64,000 nt of DNA from positions 2,030 to 66,029 of the forward strand of contig CAWECP010000009.1 in the NCBI GenBank assembly GCA_963807675.1, written 5' to 3'. Positions 37,704-45,563 of this stretch are shown in pieces. How positions within the stretch are numbered: the first letter of the stretch is position 1; each line of letters opens with the position of its first letter. Source of the stretch: an uncultured Acidimicrobiaceae bacterium. GTDB taxonomy: Bacteria > Actinomycetota > Acidimicrobiia > Acidimicrobiales > RAAP-2. Under the pieces are notes generated by a model. It was given only the letters and a program-made list of their open reading frames with translations, was not told where the DNA came from and searched no databases. The translations under genes were made by a program, and so were the position numbers.

Positions 37704-38093
37704 GTGCCCTTTCGCTCCTCGAACAAGACCGTGTACTCGGCCAAGTACCACCTGATCTGGTGCCCGAAGTATCGACGCCCGGTGCTGACAGGCCCCGTCG
37801 ACGTTCGTCTGGTCGAGCTCATGCGCCAGATCTGCGTTGAGCTGAAGGCCGAGATCCTCGAGTTCGAGGTCAGGCCTGACCACGTGCACGTGCTGGTCGA
37901 AATCCCGCCGGTGGCCCTCTCTCGGTTCATCGGGCTCGTGGAGGGCCGCAGGAGCCGGGTGCTGCGCTTGGAGTTCGCCCACCTGCGCCGGTTGCCCGCG
38001 CCGGGGTCCGCGTCGTGGTTCTGCTCGAGCCTCGGAGGTGCCTCGCTCGAGGTCACCCGCCGCTGCGTCGATCACCAGAGGCTGGCGGCCTGA
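37704..38093 (+). CDS. tnpA: IS200/IS605 Y1 (HUH) transposase TnpA, with Cys at the position of the catalytic Tyr
   Basis: YSAKYHLIWCPKYRRPVL, HUH motif DHVHVLV, and C-terminal LGGASLEVTRRCVDHQ. This aligns to the IS608 ...GGAPLNVVKQYIENQ, putting Cys (TGC 38064-38066) at the Tyr position. Confidence 0.85.
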   Translation: MPFRSSNKTVYSAKYHLIWCPKYRRPVLTGPVDVRLVELMRQICVELKAEILEFEVRPDHVHVLVEIPPVALSRFIGLVEGRRSRVLRLEFAHLRRLPAPGSASWFCSSLGGASLEVTRRCVDHQRLAA

Positions 38094-39335
38094 GTGGCGA
38101 GCCACGAGGCCCGCTATCGCTACCGGCTCCGGGTCCGTCCAGACGAGGCCCGGGCCCTGAAGGGGGTTTTCGACTCGTGTCGCTTCGTGTGGAACCAGGC
38201 CCTCGGCCGGTGGGGCGACCTGTGGCGCCACGAGCAGCTCCCCTTTTCCTACAAGGACATGGGCGCCGAGCTGACCGACTGGCGCAGCGCTTTCGAGTGG
38301 CTGGCGGCCTCTCCGAGCGTTCCTCAACAGCAGGTGTTGCGCGATCTGCACAAGTCGATCTCGGCCTTCTTCGACACGTCGAAGGGCGCCGGGCGCCCTC
38401 GCTTCAAGAGGCGCCGCGACGACTACGCGACGGCGCGCTGGACCAAGAACGGCTTCAAGGTCTCCGGCACCGGGCTCGGGGGGCCCGCTGACCGCCTCGA
38501 AGTGGCCGTCGGGCGACGTCGCCTGGCTCTGCGCGTGGTGTGGTCCCGGCCCTTGCCCACCGAGCCCTCCTCGGTGACGGTTTCGAAGGACGCCGCCGGC
38601 CACTATTGGGCCAGCTTCGTCGTGCGAGTCCACGTCGCCGACGTCGCGAGTTCTTCGACCGGACGGACCACCGGCCTCGACGTCGGCCTGAGCACCTTCG
38701 CCACGACCGAGCACGAGGCCAGCGACATCGCCAATCCGCGCTTTGCCAGACGGTCGGCCAAGGCCCTGGCTCGCTCCCAGCGCAACGTCGCGTCCAAAGA
38801 GCGTGGCTCGAAGAACCGCCAACGGGCCAAGAAGCGGGCGGCTCGGGTGGCGGCCAAAGTGGCCAACGAGAGGAGGGACTTCGCCCACAAGGCCGCCCGC
38901 GGCCTCCTCGCCTCCTACGACACGATCGGCGTCGAGGACCTCCGCGTCAACAACATGATGGCCAAGGGCAAAGGCCGGTCCAAGAGCGGCCTCAACCGCT
39001 CGATCGCCGATGCGGGCTGGAGCCAGTTCCGAGCTGTCCTCCAATGGCAGGCGACCAAGGCGGGAAAGCAGATCGTGGTGCTCGCGGCCAAAGACACCAC
39101 CCAGACGTGCAGTTGTTGCGGGACGAAAGCCAAGCCCCGCATCGAGCTCTCCGAGCGGGTGTTTCGGTGCCGGGCGTGCGGTCTCGTCCTTGGACGCGAC
39201 CGCAACAGCGCCCGGAACCTGAACCCGATCCGATTCGGGGTATCGGCGGGCGGGTCTGAACCCGTCGATACGGCAGTCCCGGTGGGCGACGACGGCAAGA
39301 AGACCAAGATCCCCGCGGGGACCCTGGCAGCCTGA
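38094..39335 (+). CDS. tnpB: TnpB (IS605 OrfB) RNA-guided RuvC-type endonuclease
   Basis: RuvC-I TGLDVGLSTFATT, RuvC-II IGVEDLRVNNM, zinc finger CSCCG...CRACG, and RuvC-III GRDRNSARN. Confidence 0.9.
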   Translation: MASHEARYRYRLRVRPDEARALKGVFDSCRFVWNQALGRWGDLWRHEQLPFSYKDMGAELTDWRSAFEWLAASPSVPQQQVLRDLHKSISAFFDTSKGAGRPRFKRRRDDYATARWTKNGFKVSGTGLGGPADRLEVAVGRRRLALRVVWSRPLPTEPSSVTVSKDAAGHYWASFVVRVHVADVASSSTGRTTGLDVGLSTFATTEHEASDIANPRFARRSAKALARSQRNVASKERGSKNRQRAKKRAARVAAKVANERRDFAHKAARGLLASYDTIGVEDLRVNNMMAKGKGRSKSGLNRSIADAGWSQFRAVLQWQATKAGKQIVVLAAKDTTQTCSCCGTKAKPRIELSERVFRCRACGLVLGRDRNSARNLNPIRFGVSAGGSEPVDTAVPVGDDGKKTKIPAGTLAA

Positions 39336-39345
39336 GCCCCAGAAT

Positions 39346-39365
39346 CCCACGGCTTTAGTCGTGGG
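39346..39365 (+). repeat. IS right-end subterminal hairpin CCCACG-gctttagt-CGTGGG
   Basis: 6-bp stem with an 8-nt loop, 10 nt after the tnpB stop. Confidence 0.8.
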
Positions 39366-39370
39366 AGCAG

Positions 39371-40429
39371 TCAAGTCAGTCCGGCTTGCTTGGCGATCGC
39401 CTTGTTGTAGGGGAGGTCGAAGATCTTCTTCACGTCCAGGGTGGAGGTGACCAGGCCGAGCTTCTGGAACGTGTCGGCCTCGGTCTGCTGGTAGCTGATG
39501 ATGGCCGGCGTGATGGGCGTGCCCACGGACTGGTCCGAGGCCACCGCCTCTTCGGCCACGGGCAGCGTGACGCCGTAGGTCTTGACGTAGGTCTGGGCGG
39601 CCAGGAGCGGCTCCTTCCTGAGCTCCGCCTCCGCCTTGTAGAAGCGCCCGATGAAGTCGGCGATGGCCGCCGCCTTCTGCGGGTTCGCCAGCGCGGCGTC
39701 GCTCGCCGTCAGGTACCCGATGGTCTCCGTGTAACCGGCGCCGTTGGCCAGGACGCGGATCTTCCCGGCAGCTTGGTCGAGACCGGTCAGGGGCTGGGAG
39801 ATGACGGCGGCGGCGACCTGCCCGTTGGCCACCGCGGTGGAGGCGTCGGTGAGGGCGAGATTGTCCAGCTGCACCGCGCTGTAGGGGATGTGGGCCTTCT
39901 GGAGCACCCGCACCAAGAAGTACTGCTCCACCGTGCCCTCCTGCACCGCGATGGAATGGCCGCGCAGCTGAGCCACCGTCTTGATGGGCGAGCCGGCCGG
40001 CACCACGAGGTCGTAGGGCGAGATCTTCGGGTTGGCGTTGAGCGTGGCCGCCACCACCTTCACCGGGTCGCCGGCCTGCTGGGCGAACACGGTCGGCGTC
40101 TCGGCCATGAAGCCCAGGTCGACCGACCCGCCCGTCTCCGCCGCAATGACCGGCGGCCCGCCGATGAAGTTGGCCCAGTCCACCGTGTAGGGCGCGCCCG
40201 CCAGCGCGTTCGTGGCCGCGAAGACCGTTTGGTAGGCCTTGAGCTGGTCGCCGAAGGTGATGGTCACGCCGGCCAACGACGGCGTCTTGGCCGACTGGCG
40301 CCGGCGCTGCCTGTGGCGAGCGTCGCCGCGCCGAGCGCCGACGATGAGGATGCCGAGTGCGAGGGTGGTCACCGACAGGCGCAGCCCGGTGGCGAACCGG
40401 CGGGGGAACGAGCGAAGAGGGGGGTGCAT
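39371..40429 (-). CDS. ABC transporter substrate-binding protein (SsuA/TauA, NMT1-like)
   Basis: Signal/TM N-terminus and the typical VDWANFIGGPPVIAAETGGSVDLGFMAETP region. Its stop codon (39371-39373) lies inside the terminal TCAA of the IS. Confidence 0.8.
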   Translation of the reverse strand: MHPPLRSFPRRFATGLRLSVTTLALGILIVGARRGDARHRQRRRQSAKTPSLAGVTITFGDQLKAYQTVFAATNALAGAPYTVDWANFIGGPPVIAAETGGSVDLGFMAETPTVFAQQAGDPVKVVAATLNANPKISPYDLVVPAGSPIKTVAQLRGHSIAVQEGTVEQYFLVRVLQKAHIPYSAVQLDNLALTDASTAVANGQVAAAVISQPLTGLDQAAGKIRVLANGAGYTETIGYLTASDAALANPQKAAAIADFIGRFYKAEAELRKEPLLAAQTYVKTYGVTLPVAEEAVASDQSVGTPITPAIISYQQTEADTFQKLGLVTSTLDVKKIFDLPYNKAIAKQAGLT

Positions 40430-40499
40430 ACCAATCCTCGAGTGGGAGCCGACGGTGCGTCCGCCGGGGTGATGGGAGCCGAGCCGACGGGGCGGCCGG

Positions 40500-41381
40500 T
40501 CAGAAGGGGCGGTCGCCCTTGATCGTCACGCGCTGGATGACGCGGTGGGCGTCGCCGTAGTCCCCGATGGCGTAGTGCATGGTCGTGCGGTTGTCCCAGA
40601 AACCGAGGTCGCCCGCCTCCCAGCGGTAGCGCACGATGTACTCGGGCGTCGTCATGTGGCCGTAGAGGAAGGCCAGGAGCGCGTCGCTCTCCTTGGTGGT
40701 CAGGCCCTTGACGTACTTGGTGAAGCCTGGGTTCACGAAGAGGTTCTTGCGCCCGGTCTCGGGGTGGGTGCGCACGACGGGGTGCTCGACCGAGACCAGC
40801 TCGGTGAAGGTCTCGCCGTTCCATTCGCCCCGGCCGCGGATGGACAGGATCTCACCGAAGGACTTGTTGCCGTCGTGCACGGCGGTCAGACCGTCGACCA
40901 GGTTGCGGATCGGCTCGGACAGGCCCTCGTAGGCGGCCTGGGTGTCGGCCCACAGGGTGTCGCCGCCCGCGGGCGGGATGACGATGGCGTTGAGGATGGA
41001 GCCGAGCGGCGGATCCTCCACGAAGGTCACGTCGGTGTGCCAGCGCTCGCGGTCGCCGTACTCGGAGGTCTTCTTGGACGCCCGGTACAGCTCGCGGGCC
41101 TTGGTGTAGTCGATCTCGAAGACCTCCTTGTGGTCCTCGATGCCCGGGATGACCGGGTGCGCCTCGGTGATCGGGCCGAAGAGCGAGGCGAACGCCTTGT
41201 GCTCGGCCGGACCGAGGTGGGCGCCCGGGAAGAAGATGACCTTGTAGTCGAGCAGGGCCTGGCGGACGGCGGCCAGCGTCTCGGGATCGACGGTCTGGTG
41301 GAGGTCGAGACCCCGTATCTCGGCGCCGATGGTGCCCGAGAGGGGGGCGATGTCGAGCTGGACGTGGGTGGTCGTGGTCAT
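40500..41381 (-). CDS. TauD/TfdA-family Fe(II)/2-oxoglutarate dioxygenase
   Basis: WHTDVTF is an HxD motif. 293 aa, first gene of the sulfonate cluster. Confidence 0.85.
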   Translation of the reverse strand: MTTTTHVQLDIAPLSGTIGAEIRGLDLHQTVDPETLAAVRQALLDYKVIFFPGAHLGPAEHKAFASLFGPITEAHPVIPGIEDHKEVFEIDYTKARELYRASKKTSEYGDRERWHTDVTFVEDPPLGSILNAIVIPPAGGDTLWADTQAAYEGLSEPIRNLVDGLTAVHDGNKSFGEILSIRGRGEWNGETFTELVSVEHPVVRTHPETGRKNLFVNPGFTKYVKGLTTKESDALLAFLYGHMTTPEYIVRYRWEAGDLGFWDNRTTMHYAIGDYGDAHRVIQRVTIKGDRPF

Positions 41382-41505
41382 GGGGCGTGCCTCCGATGGG
41401 GTGTGGGGGAGCGGCGAGTCCCATAATCCTGACTAAATCCCTCAAGTTTGTCAAATTACTAGAGAGTGACCTGTCACACCCCCTCCGTACCGTGTCCGGC
41501 ATGCC

Positions 41506-41582
41506 CGAACTGCTGTTCGCTTTCCCGGTTGACAGCGAACAGGTGTTCGTGATCCAATATCACAGAAGCGAACAGGTGTTCG
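41506..41582. promoter_or_regulatory. three tandem perfect LexA boxes (41506-41519, 41536-41549, 41569-41582)
   Basis: CGAACtgctGTTCG, CGAACaggtGTTCG and CGAACaggtGTTCG, spaced 30 and 33 nt. The last ends 16 nt before the LysM gene ATG. Confidence 0.8.
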
Positions 41583-41597
41583 GAACAGGAGGACGCC

Positions 41598-41963
41598 ATG
41601 TCGGTCGCATTTGAGCTCGAGTTCGAGGCGTGCCGCCCCCGGCTGTACGCCTTGCCGGACCGGCCGGCGCGGCTCGCACCTTCCCCCCTGGTGCGCCGCC
41701 GCCGGGCGGTCGTGGCTGCCGTGGCGGCCCTGGTCGCCGTCTTGCTGGTCCTGTTGGCGCTGCCGCTCAGGGAGCTGGGCGGCAGCACACTGGCCCAGGC
41801 CGGTCCGACCCCCGGGCAGGTCTACGTGGTGAAGGCCGGCGACACCCTGGCTTCCATCGCCGCCCGGGCCGACCAGGCGAGGGCCACTTCACTCACGTCG
41901 CAGTTGGCCCGCGAGGTCGGCTCGACGGTGGTCGTGCCCGGGGAGCACATCCTCATTCCCTGA
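41598..41963 (+). CDS. membrane-anchored LysM-domain protein (Rv2719c/ChiZ-like position)
   Basis: TM helix [18 protein letters not shown] followed by Lys[15 protein letters not shown]. Lies between lexA-type boxes and nrdR, as in mycobacteria. Confidence 0.7.
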   Translation: MSVAFELEFEACRPRLYALPDRPARLAPSPLVRRRRAVVAAVAALVAVLLVLLALPLRELGGSTLAQAGPTPGQVYVVKAGDTLASIAARADQARATSLTSQLAREVGSTVVVPGEHILIP

Positions 41964-41977
41964 CTATCGTCGCCTGT

Positions 41978-42445
41978 GTGCGGTGTCCATGGTGCGGTGT
42001 CGATGACGATCGCGTCGTGGACTCCCGCCAGGCCGAGGACGGTGCGGCCATCCGCCGGCGCCGGGAGTGCCTGGGCTGCGGGCGCCGCTTCACCACCTTC
42101 GAGCGCCTGGAAGAGGTGCCCCTCTGGGTGGTGAAGCGCTCCGGGCTGCGTGAGCCCTTCGACCGGGTCAAGGTGGTCGAAGGCGTGAGGGCCGCCTGCA
42201 AGAACCGGCCGGTGAGCGACGAACAGATGGAGGAACTGGCCCAGAGCGTCGAGGACGCGCTGCGGGCGGCGTCGACCGAGCCCTCGAGCCAGGAGGTCGG
42301 GGTGGCCGTGCTCGAGCGCCTGCAGGCGCTCGACGACGTGGCCTACCTGCGCTTCGCCAGCGTGTACAAGGGCTTCGAGGAGGCGGGCGACTTCCAGCGG
42401 GAGGCCGGCCTGCTGACCAAGACGACGGAGCCCAAACGCAGGTGA
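41978..42445 (+). CDS. nrdR: transcriptional repressor NrdR
   Basis: GTG start, [16 protein letters not shown]...[12 protein letters not shown] zinc ribbon, and an ATP-cone. Confidence 0.95.
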   Translation: MRCPWCGVDDDRVVDSRQAEDGAAIRRRRECLGCGRRFTTFERLEEVPLWVVKRSGLREPFDRVKVVEGVRAACKNRPVSDEQMEELAQSVEDALRAASTEPSSQEVGVAVLERLQALDDVAYLRFASVYKGFEEAGDFQREAGLLTKTTEPKRR

Positions 42446-42452
42446 CGCGGAC

Positions 42453-43154
42453 GTGATGGCGGACCGGCCCGGCGTGGTCCTGGCCGTCTACGCACATCCG
42501 GACGACGCCGACGTCGGCTGCGGCGGGTCGCTGGCCCGCTGGGCCACGGCGGGCAGTGCCGTACACCTCGTGGTGTGCACGGACGGCGGCAAGGGGACGC
42601 CCGACCCCGCCGTCGTCCCGTCGGCGCTGGCGGCCGAGCGCGCGGGCGAGCTCCAGGCGTCGTCCGCGCTGATCGGGCTCTCCAGCGTGGACTGCCTGGG
42701 CTTCCCCGACGGGGAGCTGTCGGACTCCGAGGATTTCCGCCGCACGCTGGTCCAGCGCGTGCGCACCCTGCGCCCCGACCTGGTGTGCGGCCACGACCCG
42801 ACGGCGGTGTTCTTCGGGCAGGACTACTTCAACCACCGCGACCACCGCATCGCCGGCCTGGCGCTGCTCGACGCCGTGGCGCCGGCCTCGGCGCTGCCGC
42901 ACTACTTCCCCGACGCCGGCCCGCCCCACCAGGTGGCCACGGTGCTGCTGTCGGGGACGCTCGAGCCCGACGAGTGGGTCGACGTGACCGACACCATTGA
43001 GACGAAGGCGGCCGCCGTCGAGTGCCACCGCACCCAGTTCGCCGGCGAGGCCGGCTGGGCGGGGGAGGCGGTGCGGCGGCGGGCGGCCGAGGAGGGCCGG
43101 CGGTCCGGCGTGGCCTACGCCGAGGGGTTCCGCCGGTTGACCCTCGGTGGCTGA
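42453..43154 (+). CDS. PIG-L/LmbE-family deacetylase
   Basis: VYAHPDDADVGCGG motif. Confidence 0.75.
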   Translation: MMADRPGVVLAVYAHPDDADVGCGGSLARWATAGSAVHLVVCTDGGKGTPDPAVVPSALAAERAGELQASSALIGLSSVDCLGFPDGELSDSEDFRRTLVQRVRTLRPDLVCGHDPTAVFFGQDYFNHRDHRIAGLALLDAVAPASALPHYFPDAGPPHQVATVLLSGTLEPDEWVDVTDTIETKAAAVECHRTQFAGEAGWAGEAVRRRAAEEGRRSGVAYAEGFRRLTLGG

Positions 43155-44442
43155 GCGCGACCGATCCTCCGTCCCCACCATCCTCCACGTCGACATGGAC
43201 GCGTTCTTCGCGTCGGTCGAGGTTCTCGACGACCCCTCACTGGCCGGGAAGCCCGTCATCGTCGGCGGGGCCGGGGCGCGGGGCGTGGTGGCGTCGTGCA
43301 CCTACGAGGCGCGCGCCTACGGGGTGCACTCGGCCATGCCGTCGGTGCGGGCGCGCCAGCTCTGCCCCGACGCCGTCTTCCTGTCGGGACGCCACAGCCG
43401 CTACGCCGAGGTGAGCGCCGAGCTGCACCGAATTCTGCACGACGTGACGCCGATGGTGGAGCCCATCGGGCTCGACGAGGCCTTCGTGGACGTGTCCGGC
43501 GCGCTGCGCCTGCTCGGGCCGCCTGAGGTGATCGCGCGGGACGTGCGCGGACGGGTGCGCGACGAGCTGCAGCTCGACTGCGCCGTCGGCATCGGGCGCT
43601 CCAAGATGATCGCCAAGCTGGCCTCGCGGGCGGCCAAGCCGCGGGCGACGCGGGCTGGGCTCGAGCCGGGGCCGGGGGTTTTCCTGGTGGTGCCCGAAGA
43701 GGAGCTGGCCTTCCTGCACGGCCACGACGTGGAGGCGCTCTGGGGCGTCGGCCCGGCCACGGCCAAACGCCTGCGCGATCTCGGGGTGCAGACGGTCGGC
43801 GACCTGGCCGCGCTCCCGCTCGACACCGTGACGCGCCGGCTGGGCAAGGCGAGCGGGGCGCACCTGGCCGCACTGGCCCGCGGGGAGGACCCCGACCCGG
43901 TCCGACCCGACCGGCCGACCAAGTCGATCGGGCACGAGGAGACGTTCAGCCAGGACCTGGTCGACCCGCACGAGCTGGAGCGCCACGTGCTGCGCATGTC
44001 CGAGTCGGTGGCCACCATGCTGCGCGGCACCTCGACGGCGGCTCGGACGATCACGGTCAAGGTCAAGTTCAAGGACCTGTCGCTCCAGACGCGCTCGCAC
44101 ACGCTGGGACGGGCCATCACCACGGGAGGGGCCATCGGGCAGGTGGCCTCGGCGCTGCTGGCCGGCATCGACCCGGGCGAAGGCATCCGCTTGCTCGGCG
44201 TGTCGGCCTCGGGTCTCTCCGTGGGCGGCGCCGACCAGCTCTCCTTCGACCTCGGTGACGGCCTGGAGCGCTCGAACGAGAGCGCCATGGCCCGGGAGCA
44301 GTCGTGGCACGACGTCACGGCGGCGGTCGACGCCATCCGGACGCGCTTCGGGAAGTCGTCGGTCGGCTCGGCCGCCATGGTGACCGACGAAGGGGTGCAG
44401 GTGCCGGCTCGGCGCGACGCCCCGTGGGGCCCGGACGAGTAG
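43147..44442 (+). CDS. dinB: DNA polymerase IV
   Basis: ILHVDMDAFFASVEVLDDPSLAGKPVIVGG. Confidence 0.9.
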   Translation: MAERDRSSVPTILHVDMDAFFASVEVLDDPSLAGKPVIVGGAGARGVVASCTYEARAYGVHSAMPSVRARQLCPDAVFLSGRHSRYAEVSAELHRILHDVTPMVEPIGLDEAFVDVSGALRLLGPPEVIARDVRGRVRDELQLDCAVGIGRSKMIAKLASRAAKPRATRAGLEPGPGVFLVVPEEELAFLHGHDVEALWGVGPATAKRLRDLGVQTVGDLAALPLDTVTRRLGKASGAHLAALARGEDPDPVRPDRPTKSIGHEETFSQDLVDPHELERHVLRMSESVATMLRGTSTAARTITVKVKFKDLSLQTRSHTLGRAITTGGAIGQVASALLAGIDPGEGIRLLGVSASGLSVGGADQLSFDLGDGLERSNESAMAREQSWHDVTAAVDAIRTRFGKSSVGSAAMVTDEGVQVPARRDAPWGPDE

Positions 44443-45559
44443 GCCACCAGCGGATCCAATAACCGTGGGGGTGGGTGTCGGCCAGGCGGACGGGCTCGGC
44501 GCCACCGGGCCCGATGTGGACCAGAGCGGTGGCCAGGTCCGGCCCGTCGCGCGGGACGGGTGAGGGGGGCGTGGGCAAGCCCGGCGTCTCGAAGGGGGTC
44601 TCGCAGTAGAGGTGGTGCACGGCCCGGGTGGCCTCGAGTGCGCGCACCTCGGCCACGAGGGCGCGTTGCTGCTCCTCGTTGAGATAGGCGGCCACCCAGG
44701 AGTGGAACACGACGAGCGGATGGTGGCCGGCGATGGAGGCGGCGACGCGGGGCAAGTCGGCCACCATGTCGCCTTGTTCGAGGCGCGGCGGGTGGCGCGA
44801 AGCCCGCACGTTGGCGAGCGCGGCGCGGAGGCGCCCGAACCGCACGGGGTTGTCGGGCCACTGACAGGCCAGCAGCCAGCGGGCCGCGTCGTCGGAGAAC
44901 GGGTCGATGGGGGAGAGGTCGAGGCCGACGCGCTCGGCCATGGTGGGCAGGCGGAGCTCGGGCAGGGTGGCGACGTCGTCGCGGGCTTCGCACTCGAGCG
45001 CGACTGCCGAGCCGGGCGTCCCGGCCGCGAGCGTGCCGTCGCCGACCCGGGACCGGTAGGTGTAGGCGTAGTCGTCGAAGAGAAGGTTGAGCCCGGCCGA
45101 CGTCCCGAGGTCGAGCAGGGAGAGCGGCTCGGCCCAGCCGTGTAACGCGGCGATGTGGCAGAGGCCGGGCAGCAGGCTGGTGCAGCGGCCAACCTCGTTG
45201 GTCTGCGTGCTGCGCCGGGCGATCAGCGCCTCGAGCTCGGCCCGGTGCGCCCGGCAAAAGTCGGCGAAGTCGGCGGCGGCGTCGCTCGCCGTCGCCGGGG
45301 TCGGCCCGAGGACCTCGGCCACCGTGTCGTAGTGCGCGGCCAGCGGATGCTGCACGCCCGAGAGCAGCAGGTAGTGCACGGCCGCCAGCAGCAGGAGCGG
45401 GCGGCGCTGGGGGAGCGGTGCGCCGTCGAGCAGCGAGAGCACCTCGGGGTCGTCGGCCATGGCGCGGCTGATGGCCGGGTAGGTGATGCCGCCGTCGCGC
45501 TCGACCACGGCGGCGAAGCCGCGGAAGTGGTCCGGGAGCGGCTCGTCGACCAGGGGCAC
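44315..45559 (-). CDS. DUF2332-family protein
   Basis: FRGFAAVVERDGGITYPAISRAMADDPEVLSLL...RRPLLLLAAVHYLLLSG. The last roughly 42 aa (128 nt) are antisense to the dinB 3' end and look non-native, so the 3' end is uncertain. Confidence 0.6.
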   Translation of the reverse strand: MPLVDEPLPDHFRGFAAVVERDGGITYPAISRAMADDPEVLSLLDGAPLPQRRPLLLLAAVHYLLLSGVQHPLAAHYDTVAEVLGPTPATASDAAADFADFCRAHRAELEALIARRSTQTNEVGRCTSLLPGLCHIAALHGWAEPLSLLDLGTSAGLNLLFDDYAYTYRSRVGDGTLAAGTPGSAVALECEARDDVATLPELRLPTMAERVGLDLSPIDPFSDDAARWLLACQWPDNPVRFGRLRAALANVRASRHPPRLEQGDMVADLPRVAASIAGHHPLVVFHSWVAAYLNEEQQRALVAEVRALEATRAVHHLYCETPFETPGLPTPPSPVPRDGPDLATALVHIGPGGAEPVRLADTHPHGYWIRWWPTRPGPTGRRAEPAPAPLRRSPWRPSRPTTSRSASGWRRPPP

Positions 45560-45563
45560 CGGC

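Larger units (their letters stand above)
37597..39374 (+). mobile_element. IS200/IS605-family insertion sequence (tnpA + tnpB)
   Basis: Subterminal hairpins share the same stem CCCACG/CGTGGG at both ends. GAAT lies 5' of the right hairpin and TCAA 5 nt 3' of it. GAAG lies 5' of the left hairpin and TCAC sits at 37593-37596. No inverted terminal repeats or duplication, as expected for this family. Confidence 0.85.

Noticed and set aside
44315-44442. 128-nt convergent overlap of the DUF2332 gene with the dinB 3' end
   Set aside because: The overlapping tail (PTRPGPTGRRAEPAPAPLRRSPW...) is low-complexity and follows the family-typical ...HGYWIRWW ending. It is probably a spurious extension or another indel effect, not a functional overlap. 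It cannot be resolved by eye.
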